From contig CAWEEQ010000004.1 in the NCBI GenBank assembly GCA_963808235.1, forward strand, positions 1,568,001 to 1,632,000: a stretch of DNA of 64,000 nucleotides, in the 5' to 3' direction. The stretch is from an uncultured delta proteobacterium (lineage in GTDB: Bacteria > Desulfobacterota > Binatia > Binatales > Binataceae). The translations under genes and the position numbers were made by a program. The notes beneath the pieces were generated by a model, which saw nothing but the letters and a program-made list of their open reading frames with translations, did no database searches and was not told where the DNA came from. Positions 10,160-19,941 of the stretch are shown here, piece by piece (positions within the stretch are counted from its first letter, which is position 1; every line of letters begins with the position of its first letter).

Positions 10160-11393
10160 TTTTTTCGCGGCGCAACGATTCAATCTCGTCGGCGCCGACG
10201 CCCAGCACCTCGCGATACACGCGCTCGTTGTCGTGGCCGACTGCCACCGACCCGCGCACGATCTTTCCCGGGGTCAGAGAAAATTTCGGCGCCACGCCGA
10301 TACCCTTGACCCGGCCGACCTGCTCATCGTTCCATTCGACGTGCATCCCGCGCGCGCGATATTGCGAGTCCTCGGCCATGTCCTTGCTGGACATGATCGG
10401 CGAGCACGGCACGGCACCCTCGGCCATCTGGTCGACAACTTCCTTCACGGTGCGCTCCGAGATCCATCCGCGGAGAATCGCGTCGAACTCGATTCCCTCG
10501 ATCGACTCGAGCTGCGTGCGTGCGGTCTCCCACTTCGTATCTGCGGGGTCGAGCCCGATGACCTTGAGCATGCGCCCGTACACGTCGCCGAGCGCGCCCA
10601 TCACGACCCATCCGTCGCTCGCCTGAAACGTGTCGAGCGGCTGGAAACCCTGCGCGCGATTGCCCGAGCGCTCGCGAACCACGCCGTTCTGAAAATATTC
10701 GAGCATCGTACCGCCCATCGTTTTGTGAATCGCTTCGTACTGCGCAACGTCGATCGCCTGCCCTATCCCGGTCGCGCGCGCGTAGGTGAGCCCGGCCAGC
10801 GACGACCACATCGTGAATAGCGCGGTCACGTAATCGCCGGTCCATGGCGCGGCGCGAGTCGGCGGGGTCGGATCGGGAAACCCGGTCTGATACATCATTC
10901 CGCCGGCTGCCTGTCCGACCACATCATATGATGCGCGATGCACGTAGCTCGGATCGCCGGTTTGCCCGAATCCGGAAACGTGCGCGATCACGAGTCGCGG
11001 ATTGACCTTCCACATCGCGGCGTCATCGAGCCCCCATTTCGGATAGGTGCCCGGCCTCGAGCTTTCCATCCAGATGTCGGCGCGCGCGGCGAGCTTTAGG
11101 AACAGTTCGCGGCCGCGCGGCTTGGAGAGATCGAGCGTGATGCAGAACACATTGCGCCGTTCCTGGATCCAGCTGGTCGCGACCGCCGACTTGGCGTCTT
11201 TGCTGACCAGCTTTATCCCGATGTTGCGCCATCCCACGTCGCCCGGACCGGGACGCTCGATCTGGATGACCTCCGCACCCATTTCTGCCGCGAGCTCGGC
11301 CGCAAACGGTTGCGCGATAAGGGTCCCGGTGGAAAGGATCTTCACGCCTTGCAGAGGGCCGAATTTCTCGGTGACAAGATTCTCGATGCTCAT
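10152..11393 (-). CDS. Family III CoA-transferase (CaiB/BaiF)
   Basis: 'GPLQGVKIL', 'GAEVIQIERPGPGD', 'SGFGQTG', 'GDYVTA'. Confidence 0.9.
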   Translation of the reverse strand: MSIENLVTEKFGPLQGVKILSTGTLIAQPFAAELAAEMGAEVIQIERPGPGDVGWRNIGIKLVSKDAKSAVATSWIQERRNVFCITLDLSKPRGRELFLKLAARADIWMESSRPGTYPKWGLDDAAMWKVNPRLVIAHVSGFGQTGDPSYVHRASYDVVGQAAGGMMYQTGFPDPTPPTRAAPWTGDYVTALFTMWSSLAGLTYARATGIGQAIDVAQYEAIHKTMGGTMLEYFQNGVVRERSGNRAQGFQPLDTFQASDGWVVMGALGDVYGRMLKVIGLDPADTKWETARTQLESIEGIEFDAILRGWISERTVKEVVDQMAEGAVPCSPIMSSKDMAEDSQYRARGMHVEWNDEQVGRVKGIGVAPKFSLTPGKIVRGSVAVGHDNERVYREVLGVGADEIESLRREKII

Positions 11394-11577
11394 CGCTTCT
11401 CCAGGTCTGTAAAGAAATCACTTACTGAAAATTACACGCGATGATGCCCTTTTTTTCACGAGATGGAAACTTGCGCGCTTGCAGCAGTCCGTTCATTGCA
11501 CCTGACAGACGGCGTTTTGCGCCGCTTCGCTGCCCGCTATTATATTCTGGAGTGCGTATCCGGAGCCGAGACCAAGC

Positions 11578-12909
11578 TTGAATTCTCTTCAAGACCTTTT
11601 CAAAGTCGATTCGCTCAATCGGCGCGAACTCATGTTCAAGGCGTTGGCCGGATTGGCCGGCGGCGCGATCGGATGGATTCCCGTCGAGTTGGCATCGCAC
11701 AACTCGCATCTCGGCCAGGCCCAGACGACTTTCTCCGTCGTCGCGTACTACCTGACGGCAGCATTGGCGGCAGGATTGATCGGCGGGCTGATCACTGCCG
11801 TTGAGGGCTCAGAACTTCGGGTCACGCCGCAGGCGCAGCAAAGATTCATCCGCGGCTTCGTTCTATGCGCCGGGCTGTCACTGTTCGCCACGTACTTTGC
11901 CAACAGCGTATTCAACGCGATTCTGAACTTTGGCGGCGCTAAGTTCAGCACCAGCGGCGAGATGGTCGCGGGCTCGATGGCGATTCTTATTTTCGCGCGA
12001 ATAATCGGATGGGCTATCGATGGGATGCTAGTCGGCCTCGGAGTGGGACTCTCGACCGGAGTCGGCGCGAACATCGTGAAGGGATTGCTCGGCGGGCTTG
12101 CGGGTGGCGCAGTCGGCGGAATCTTCTTTGATTTGATCGGCGCGATCACCGGCGGTGGAATGGCGGCCCGATTTTTCGGCGAAGCGGTTATCGGCTTCGC
12201 GATCGGACTCTTCATCGGATTGGTGCAGGAACTGACCAAGGCCGCGTGGGTGACGGTTGAGCAGGGACGGCTGCGCGGACGCCAGTACCGAATCGAAGGC
12301 CCGCGCGCTTCGATCGGCCGCGCCGAAGAAAATCCGGTCGGCTTGTTCGGCGACCCGAGTGTGCACGCGCGTCATGCGCTGATCGAACGGCGCGGCAGCG
12401 ACTACGTGATCAAGAATCTCGCGGTGCAGGACGGCACCTTCGTCAACGGAAATCGAATCGAGACGGTCGACCTGCACGACGGCGACCGGATCAATATCGG
12501 CGGCTACGAGATGATGTTCCACTTGCGCGGAACTTCTCAGTCGGCGCGTGAACAGGCCTCGCTCGCGACCGATAGAGTTAATCCGGCTCATATCGCGAGC
12601 CGGCTGGCGGGCGCCAATGCGAACGTCGACACTCCCTGCTTGATCGACGCGACCGGGCAGCGATTTCCGCTCCGCGCCGGCGCCGCCACGCGTATCGGGC
12701 GCGCGCTCGACAACGAAATCGTGGTCAGCCATTCGTCGGTCTCGCGCCATCACGCGAGCATCGAGACCAGCAACGGCTCGGTCATGGTCAAGGATCTCAA
12801 CAGCCAGAACGGCACCTTCGTGGGCAACCTGCGAGTGACCGGAGGCATACCTTTGAGCGACGGCGATGCCGTCAGGTTCGGCGACGCGCCGTTTATCTTC
12901 CGTGCCTGA
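11578..12909 (+). CDS. Multi-TM membrane protein with two C-terminal FHA domains
   Basis: Gly-rich TM helices, then 'IGRAEEN..HARHA..DGTFVNG' and 'IGRALDN..VSRHHA..DLNSQNGTFV'. Confidence 0.88.
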   Translation: MNSLQDLFKVDSLNRRELMFKALAGLAGGAIGWIPVELASHNSHLGQAQTTFSVVAYYLTAALAAGLIGGLITAVEGSELRVTPQAQQRFIRGFVLCAGLSLFATYFANSVFNAILNFGGAKFSTSGEMVAGSMAILIFARIIGWAIDGMLVGLGVGLSTGVGANIVKGLLGGLAGGAVGGIFFDLIGAITGGGMAARFFGEAVIGFAIGLFIGLVQELTKAAWVTVEQGRLRGRQYRIEGPRASIGRAEENPVGLFGDPSVHARHALIERRGSDYVIKNLAVQDGTFVNGNRIETVDLHDGDRINIGGYEMMFHLRGTSQSAREQASLATDRVNPAHIASRLAGANANVDTPCLIDATGQRFPLRAGAATRIGRALDNEIVVSHSSVSRHHASIETSNGSVMVKDLNSQNGTFVGNLRVTGGIPLSDGDAVRFGDAPFIFRA

Positions 12910-13243
12910 AACCGAGCTCGAGGCACCCAGGTTTTGTGCGCGATGCGGTCAGCCGATCGTCGTCGCCGACGCTAGCTTCTGCAAATCATGTGGCGCACCA
13001 CTCACGCGATACCCTCTGCTCCGCAGCGATCATGGATTCAACCCTCTGCTTGCGCTCGTGCTAAGCATCGTGCCCGGGGTCGGACACATTTATCGCGGCA
13101 AGCCGTTCAAAGGAGTCATGTGGTTTTTCGGAGTGGGATTTGCGTGGGCGATTGCACCGGCGATGGGTATCCTGATTCACATCATTTGTGCGGCGAATGC
13201 GGCTTTCTCCGGCGTGATCGACGAGGATGCGCTGGCGCGATGA
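12902..13243 (+). CDS. Zinc-ribbon plus TM2-like membrane protein
   Basis: CARCG...FCKSCG double CxxC; 'LSIVPGVGHIY'. Confidence 0.75.
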   Translation: MPETELEAPRFCARCGQPIVVADASFCKSCGAPLTRYPLLRSDHGFNPLLALVLSIVPGVGHIYRGKPFKGVMWFFGVGFAWAIAPAMGILIHIICAANAAFSGVIDEDALAR

Positions 13244-13301
13244 ATCCGAACCGCCACCGCGCCATCTAATTAATGATTACATTTGTATATGACATGACCG
13301 G

Positions 13302-14822
13302 ATGATTCAGGAGAACACAATCATCGGCGGGCGTTACCGCGTCATGAAACCGCTCGGCGGCGGCGGGATGAAGCTCGTGTATCTCGCCGAGGATCTACGT
13401 CTCGCGGCGCGGCCCTGTGCGCTCGCGGAGATGGTCGATAGCTTCACCAGCCCCGATACGCAGAAGCAGGCGGTCGCGGCCTTTCAGCGCGAGGCCGACA
13501 TGCTCGCGCAGCTCAGCAACGAACACATCCCGCGAGTCTTCGATCGCTTCAGCGCCGAGAACCATCACTACCTGGTGATGGAATTCATCGACGGCATCAC
13601 GCTCGAACAGAAGATCAAAGACGCGGGCGGAAAACTTCCCGAACACGACGTCATCGAATTCGCACTCCAGGTGCTCGACACACTCGAGTACCTGCACAAT
13701 CTCGAACCGCCGGTGATCTACCGCGACTTGAAGCCGTCGAACGTGATGCTCACGCCGTCGGGACAGGTAAAGCTGATCGATTTCGGAATCGCGCGACTCT
13801 TTCAGCCGCTCAGCAACGCGACCATGATCGGAACCCAGGGCTACGCGCCGCCCGAACAGTATCGCGGCAAGGTCGAGTTCCGCTCCGACCTGTATGCGCT
13901 GGGCGCCACGATGCATCACGCGCTTTCGGGGCGCGACCCCGCGCTCGAGCCTCCGTTCAGCTTTCCACCGCTGCGATCGCTGTGTCCCGACGTGACTCCG
14001 GCGCTCGCCGATTTGATCGATCAGGCCCTCAAATATGACGTCATCCTGCGCGTCGCCGATGCCGCCGAGTTTAGAGAGCGGCTGCTCGCGATCAAATCCG
14101 GCGTAGCGCCTGTACCGACATCGGCGCGCGGCCGCGCCTCCGGATCGTCGCCGCGTCCGCAGCTTAAGCTGCCGCTCGGAGGCATTCAGTCCCGACCGGC
14201 GTCAGCATCGGCGCCGACGATGCTCAGCAATCAGGTCGGCACTGCGTGCCCGCGATGTGGCCGCACGATTCCCGTGGATTCTAACTTCTGCTCGTTCTGT
14301 GCCGCCGACGTAACCGGACGTTTGCGCCCGCTCGATCGCTCCGAGCCCGAGGCGCAGACGATCGTACTCGACGACGTAGCCGAGCCGATGAGATTTCCGG
14401 GCCCAATTTTTCTTCCTCGGCATCGCCGTCGGCGCCGACCCGCGCGCACGATGATGTTCGTGGTCGCCGCGATGTTCTTCCTCGGATACGTGGCGTTTCG
14501 TTCTTCGGCACCGCAGCCGTCGACCGGCGATGACACTGCGCCTCCCTTCGGCGGCGCTCCGGCGGTTCCGGGTTACGGCAGCGCCCCCGAGGCGCCCGAA
14601 CCGGCGCATACCGATCCGCGCGAAATCGAGCTTCGCCAGGCGCTCAACGCGCAAGGCTACCAGTCGGTTCATTTCAGGATCGAAGGCGACACGATGCTTT
14701 TGTGGGGCACCGTGCCATCCGAGGCCGATCGGATCATGGTGCAGACCCAGGTCTTTCTTATCGCGCGAATTTTCTCCCTCGAAGACCATATTCAGGTTCG
14801 CGACACCTTCGCCGAGCCATAA
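13302..14822 (+). CDS. Hanks-type Ser/Thr protein kinase (atypical Lys position) with zinc ribbon, TM helix and BON-like C-terminal domain
   Basis: YRDLKPSN, DFG, GYAPPEQ, SDLYALG; CPRC..FCSFC; TM 'MMFVVAAMFFLGYVAF'; C-terminal 'LLWGTVPS..LEDHIQV'. Confidence 0.9.
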   Translation: MIQENTIIGGRYRVMKPLGGGGMKLVYLAEDLRLAARPCALAEMVDSFTSPDTQKQAVAAFQREADMLAQLSNEHIPRVFDRFSAENHHYLVMEFIDGITLEQKIKDAGGKLPEHDVIEFALQVLDTLEYLHNLEPPVIYRDLKPSNVMLTPSGQVKLIDFGIARLFQPLSNATMIGTQGYAPPEQYRGKVEFRSDLYALGATMHHALSGRDPALEPPFSFPPLRSLCPDVTPALADLIDQALKYDVILRVADAAEFRERLLAIKSGVAPVPTSARGRASGSSPRPQLKLPLGGIQSRPASASAPTMLSNQVGTACPRCGRTIPVDSNFCSFCAADVTGRLRPLDRSEPEAQTIVLDDVAEPMRFPGPIFLPRHRRRRRPARTMMFVVAAMFFLGYVAFRSSAPQPSTGDDTAPPFGGAPAVPGYGSAPEAPEPAHTDPREIELRQALNAQGYQSVHFRIEGDTMLLWGTVPSEADRIMVQTQVFLIARIFSLEDHIQVRDTFAEP

Positions 14823-14838
14823 CAGGAACTCTCCCCGC

Positions 14839-15495
14839 ATGATTGTCGATCTGCACGTGCACACGAATCTCTCGGCCGACTCAAACGTATCACCCGAGAA
14901 ATATCTCGAATTCGCCGCGAGCCAGGAACGCCGTCTCGACGCGATTTGTTTCACCGAGCATCGGCTCTTCCCGGCCGATCCCGAAATCGATCGAATCTAC
15001 GCGGAACTCGGCGAGCGATTTGGGATTGCCATCTTCAAGGGTATCGAGGCCGACACCGATCTCGGCCATCTGCTGATGTTCGGCGTGAACAAGGAAATCG
15101 TCCGCCGGTTCGATCTGACTTCGCGGATGCTGCGCAGCGAGCATCTCATCGATGTGCTTCATCATGAAGGCGGCGTCGCGATCCCGGCGCATCCGTTCCG
15201 CGATTCAGGATTCGGTGCGCGGCTCGATTCGCTGCTGAGCCGGCACGGCACTGCGCTCGGCGCGGTCGAAGTATTGAACGGACAGAATTCAGACGATCAG
15301 AATCAGCGCGCGCAGGATGCCGCGCTCAAGCTCGGGTTAACCGCGGTCGGCGGCAGCGACGCGCATTTCGCCACCGCGAAATGGTTCATGACGGTCGCGA
15401 CCGAGCTCGAACGCGAAGTCAAAACGGTCGAGGATCTGTGCACGGAATTGCGCGCGGGCCGCGCTCGTCCCTACGTCTTTCCCGGCGCCGGCTGA
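14839..15495 (+). CDS. PHP-domain metal-dependent phosphoesterase
   Basis: DLHVHT, FTEH, GIE, AHPFR, GGSDAH. Confidence 0.88.
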   Translation: MIVDLHVHTNLSADSNVSPEKYLEFAASQERRLDAICFTEHRLFPADPEIDRIYAELGERFGIAIFKGIEADTDLGHLLMFGVNKEIVRRFDLTSRMLRSEHLIDVLHHEGGVAIPAHPFRDSGFGARLDSLLSRHGTALGAVEVLNGQNSDDQNQRAQDAALKLGLTAVGGSDAHFATAKWFMTVATELEREVKTVEDLCTELRAGRARPYVFPGAG

Positions 15496-17531
15496 GCCAC
15501 CTGACCGCCGACTCCGGTCCCGCCACCGCTCTCCAGCGCGCGCATGAATTGCCTGATGTCCTGCGAACGGCCCGCCACCACCAGTTCGTCGCCTTCCTTC
15601 AGCTTGCGGTCGGGAGCGATCGGCGCAAATCCCGCTTCCGGATTACCCGCCTCCTGCACCGCCAGCACCGTCACACTGAATCGCGCCCGCGGATCGAGTT
15701 CGCGGATCGTCTTGCCGGCGGCGTTCGCTGGCACTGCGATCCTCGTCACCCGGTAGCCGGTCGCCCAGTAGATATTCTGGTCGCGCGTCGCAAGCGTCGA
15801 GAGCGAAACCGTGACCCGATTGAGCGCCTGCGCAATATGTTGGCGCGTCACCAGTCCGAGAAAACGCCCGCCCGGCCGATCGACAACCGGAATCTCGTCG
15901 AGTCCGTCGTGCTCCATCGACTGGCTCGCCTCGTCGAGATTCGCGTCCGGGGTTACCGTCGCGCAATGCGTATTCGAGATGTCGAAAGCATTGACCAGCG
16001 GCCCAACCTCCTGGCCGCCGGCGAGCATCGAGAGCAGGTCGCGCGTAACGATCAAGCCCGCGAGCTCGCCGTCGCTGTTGACCACCGGCAGCGTGGATTG
16101 CGCGGTCTCCCCGGCCGTTCGTAACACCTCCGACAACGAGGTGTTCTCATGCACTATCGTCACGTTCTTGGTCACCACGGCGCTGACTGGAATCAGGGTG
16201 AGCGCCAGCCGCTCGCTTCCGATCTGGAGCTTCTTGCCTTCGCGCGCGAGCCGGAATTCGTCGATCGATTCGGTTTCGATCGCGCGCGCGACCACCAGCG
16301 CGGTGATCGTCGCGATCATCGCCGGCATCGCGATCGTATCGCTTCGCGTCATCTCCCATAGCAGGAACAACGCGGTCAGCGGAGCGTGGGTAGTTCCTGC
16401 CAGGAACGCGCCCAACCCGACGATTGCGTACGAGCCGCGCGGGCCCGTCAGAGTAGGGATCAACATCGCCGACAGACGCTGAAACGTCCCACCCGCCATC
16501 GTGCCGATAAAAAACGTCGGACCGAAGACGCCGCCCGGCGCACCGCATCCGAGCGAAACGCTGCTCGCAAAAAACTTCGCGCACAGCAGCGCCGCCAACA
16601 GTCCGAGTTCGTATTCGCCCGCCATTGCGCGGTTGATAATCGGATATCCGTCCGACAGGTTTTGCGGCAGCCAGATCGCAATCACGCCGACCACCGCGAG
16701 TCCGGCTTCGAGTTTCAGCCAGACCGGCGCGTCGAGCCGCCGGAACCATCCTGCGGTTCCGTTGAAAAACCGTATGTAGCCTGCCGCCAGCGCGCCTAGC
16801 GCCGCCCCCATGACGGCGTACGTCGCCATCTCCCAATAGCTGCGCAGCACAAATTCGGGAACCACGAAGACCGACGCGTTGCCCAAAACCGCGCGCGATG
16901 TGATCACCGCGGTAAAGGTCGCGATGATGAGCAGGGTCAGGTTCGCGATTTCAGTATGCCCGAGAAGCACGATCTCTTGCGCGAACATCAGGCCGCCGAT
17001 CGGCGCGTTGAAGGTCGTCGCGATTCCCGCGCCGGCGCCCGCCGCGATCAGCACTTTGGCGCGATCGGGCGACAACTTCCTCAGCTGCGCTACCGCCGAC
17101 CCAATCGCTCCGCCGACCTGCGCGATCGGACCTTCGCGCCCTACTGACGCGCCCGCGCCCAGCGACAGCGCAGCACCCGCAGCCTTGACGAAAATCCACC
17201 GGCGCTTTATCCGCGCGCTGCCCAGGTTGACCATCTCGAGAAAGTTCGGGAATCCGTAACCGAGCACGTCTTCGGGAAAGAGGCGGTCAAGCGCGAGAAT
17301 CGCGGCGCCGCCGCTCATCAGGATCAGCACGATGAACCCGCGATGCCATCCGCCGAGTCCAATTCCAAACACGTTCCACTCGACGACCCGAAATAGCCAC
17401 GAGAAGAATTCGATCAGTTTGCGAAAGCCGAGATTGCCGAGCGCGGCGAGCACTCCGACGATCACGGCGAGCAGAATCAGTTGTACGTATTCGAACTGAT
17501 CGGTTCGAAGCCAAAGTGCGGGTCGTCGCAT
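15471..17531 (-). CDS. ClC-family channel/transporter with CBS pair and C-terminal RCK_C (TrkA-C)
   Basis: GREGP, FNAPIGG, GGVFGP; CBS 'LPVVNSDGELAGLIV'; RCK_C 'GKTIRELD..LKEGDELVV'. Confidence 0.92.
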   Translation of the reverse strand: MRRPALWLRTDQFEYVQLILLAVIVGVLAALGNLGFRKLIEFFSWLFRVVEWNVFGIGLGGWHRGFIVLILMSGGAAILALDRLFPEDVLGYGFPNFLEMVNLGSARIKRRWIFVKAAGAALSLGAGASVGREGPIAQVGGAIGSAVAQLRKLSPDRAKVLIAAGAGAGIATTFNAPIGGLMFAQEIVLLGHTEIANLTLLIIATFTAVITSRAVLGNASVFVVPEFVLRSYWEMATYAVMGAALGALAAGYIRFFNGTAGWFRRLDAPVWLKLEAGLAVVGVIAIWLPQNLSDGYPIINRAMAGEYELGLLAALLCAKFFASSVSLGCGAPGGVFGPTFFIGTMAGGTFQRLSAMLIPTLTGPRGSYAIVGLGAFLAGTTHAPLTALFLLWEMTRSDTIAMPAMIATITALVVARAIETESIDEFRLAREGKKLQIGSERLALTLIPVSAVVTKNVTIVHENTSLSEVLRTAGETAQSTLPVVNSDGELAGLIVTRDLLSMLAGGQEVGPLVNAFDISNTHCATVTPDANLDEASQSMEHDGLDEIPVVDRPGGRFLGLVTRQHIAQALNRVTVSLSTLATRDQNIYWATGYRVTRIAVPANAAGKTIRELDPRARFSVTVLAVQEAGNPEAGFAPIAPDRKLKEGDELVVAGRSQDIRQFMRALESGGGTGVGGQVAQPAPGKT

Positions 17532-17564
17532 GACTTTGGGCCTCGCCGCAACCTGGCTGCGCCG

Positions 17565-18437
17565 TCACACACCCAGGAAGCGGCGCGCCACGGCGAGGAA
17601 TTCGTCGAGGCGATCGTGATGCACCCAGTGGCCGGCCTTGTCGACGGTGACCGATTCCGCGCTCTTGAAAGCCTGGATGCGCCCGTCCTTGACCCAATCG
17701 CCCGCCCACGATTCGGTGCCGCGAATCAGCAGCGTCGGGCAGGTGATGCGCCCCCAAATTTCGCGCGCGTCGCGGTTGTTAAACATGTACGGCGAAGTTG
17801 CGTGAACGTAGTTGTCGAACTTCCACGAGTAGGTGCCGTTCTCGTTGCGGCGAATTCCCCAAATGGTCAGATGACGCGCCTGCTCGCGGGTAAGATGCGG
17901 GTTCGCTTCGATCATGCGCGCGAGCGCTTCTTCGATCGACGGATACTCGCGCACCTTGCGCCGCGCCAGCGTCTGCATCTGGCCAATCCAGTTGTTCATG
18001 CGGTCGTACGCAGGCGATTCCTTGATCATTCCCGGCGGCGGTCCCATCCCTTCGATCGAGACTACGCGCTTGACCGCGTCGGGATGCGTGCCGGTGTATT
18101 GCAAAACGATTCCGCCCCCGAGCGAGTGACCGATCAGCGTCGCCGGTTCGTTTGCGACCGCACTCATCAGTTGCGCCAGATCGAGCACGTAGTCGATCAT
18201 CGAATAGCCGCTGCCCACCGCCCAGTCGGAATCGCCGTGCCCGCGCAGGTCGGGCGCGATGATGTGATAGTGCCTGCGCAAATCGAGTGCGACCCAATCC
18301 CAGTTGCGGCAGTGGTCGCGGCCGCCATGCACCAGGACCAGGAGGGGCTTGTCGGGATTGCCCCAATCGACGTAGTGCAGCTTCAAGCGCTGCGAATAAA
18401 AATAATGTGAAGTCGGCCCGATGATGCTATCGGCCAT
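17565..18437 (-). CDS. Alpha/beta hydrolase
   Basis: VHGG, DLRGHGDS, GHSLGG, AGHWVH. Confidence 0.9.
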   Translation of the reverse strand: MADSIIGPTSHYFYSQRLKLHYVDWGNPDKPLLVLVHGGRDHCRNWDWVALDLRRHYHIIAPDLRGHGDSDWAVGSGYSMIDYVLDLAQLMSAVANEPATLIGHSLGGGIVLQYTGTHPDAVKRVVSIEGMGPPPGMIKESPAYDRMNNWIGQMQTLARRKVREYPSIEEALARMIEANPHLTREQARHLTIWGIRRNENGTYSWKFDNYVHATSPYMFNNRDAREIWGRITCPTLLIRGTESWAGDWVKDGRIQAFKSAESVTVDKAGHWVHHDRLDEFLAVARRFLGV

Positions 18438-18481
18438 GCGCCGGTTTCTCCCAAAAACTCAAAATGCGTTCCGAGACGAGG

Positions 18482-19804
18482 CTACAGGCTTGGATGAATC
18501 TCGTCGAGCGCCGCGCGTGCGATCCGGATGATGTATTCGATCTCGGCGTCACCGATGATAAACGGCGGCGTGATCATCATCGCATCGCCGCCCGCCTTCC
18601 CCGCCATCCCGCTCGCCGGATAAAAGAACAGCCCTTTCCGGACCGCCGCGCCGAGCACGCGATTGGTCACCTTTTTTTCCGGCGCAAATGGGATCCTCGT
18701 CGCCTTGTCATGCACCAGCTCGATTCCCCAGAACATCCCGATGCCGCGGATGTCGCCGACCATCGGATGCCCCGACAGTTCTTCCTTCAGCGTCGCGCCG
18801 AGCCGCGCCCCGACTTCTGCCGACCGCTCCACGAGCCGTTCGCGCTCCATGATCGCGAGCACCTCGTCGGCGACCGCGCATGCAACCGGATGCGAGCTGT
18901 AGGTGTAGAACATGAAGTCGGCCTTGGCGCGCTCGACTTCTTCGACGATCGATTCTTTGACCGCGATCATGCCCATCGGCATGTAGCCGCCGGTCAGACC
19001 CTTGCCGCCGATCAGGATGTCAGGCACCACGTTCCAGTGATCGACCGCGAAGCGCCGGCCGGTGCGGCCGAACCCGGTCATCACTTCATCGGCTATCAGC
19101 AACACGTCGTAGCGATCGCAGATCTCGCGAATCTTCGGCCAATACTCCTTGACCGGCGGGACCACTCCGCCGCTCGATCCCATCATCGGCTCGGCGATAA
19201 ACGCAGCGATCGAATCGGCGCCGTTGGCTAGGATTTCTTTCTCGAGTGCGGCGGCGCAGTCGATATCGCAAGACGGGTACGTCTTTCCCCATGGACATCG
19301 ATAGCAGTAAGTCGGATCGATCTTCGGCCAGTCGAGCAAGATGTGTTCGTAGTCGGCGCGCCGTCCACTGCCGCCCACCGAGAGCGCAGCGATGCTGTTG
19401 CCGTGATACGAAAATCGCCGCCCGATTATTTTCTTCTTCGATACCTTGCCGCGGACTTTGTGATAAAGAATCGCAAACTTCAGCGCCGCTTCGACCGCTT
19501 CCGATCCCCCACTGGTGAAATAGAAACGCGTCAACCTCGGCGGAGTCCATCGCGTCAGCCGCTCGACCAGCCGCTCGCGCTGCGGCGAGCTCCACACCGG
19601 CACGATATAATCGAGACTCTCGATCGTACGCGCCGCCACCTCGGCGATTTCCTTGCGCCCCTGCCCGATATTGACGACCACCGCGCCCCCGCCCGCGTCG
19701 AGAATCTTGTTGCCGTCGCTGGCGTAGAGCCATGGCCCTTCGGCGCGCTCGATGCGAATCGGATCGTGCGGCCCGCGCATGAACATCGATGGCTGCTGTG
19801 ACAT
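18482..19804 (-). CDS. Class III PLP-dependent aminotransferase
   Basis: SGGSEAVE, SYHG, AEP, ADEVMTGFGRTG, 'GKGLTGG'. Confidence 0.92.
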   Translation of the reverse strand: MSQQPSMFMRGPHDPIRIERAEGPWLYASDGNKILDAGGGAVVVNIGQGRKEIAEVAARTIESLDYIVPVWSSPQRERLVERLTRWTPPRLTRFYFTSGGSEAVEAALKFAILYHKVRGKVSKKKIIGRRFSYHGNSIAALSVGGSGRRADYEHILLDWPKIDPTYCYRCPWGKTYPSCDIDCAAALEKEILANGADSIAAFIAEPMMGSSGGVVPPVKEYWPKIREICDRYDVLLIADEVMTGFGRTGRRFAVDHWNVVPDILIGGKGLTGGYMPMGMIAVKESIVEEVERAKADFMFYTYSSHPVACAVADEVLAIMERERLVERSAEVGARLGATLKEELSGHPMVGDIRGIGMFWGIELVHDKATRIPFAPEKKVTNRVLGAAVRKGLFFYPASGMAGKAGGDAMMITPPFIIGDAEIEYIIRIARAALDEIHPSL

Positions 19805-19941
19805 GCCTCGAATCTTAACTGTCTTGACGCATAGCGAGCAACGAAGTTTGCGGGTTTACCAGTCTCCTAATCCGCGGCGAAAACGTTATATGTAGATGGG
19901 GACGGTCTCGAATTACGCAAAACCCGAGAGGAGATTATCGC

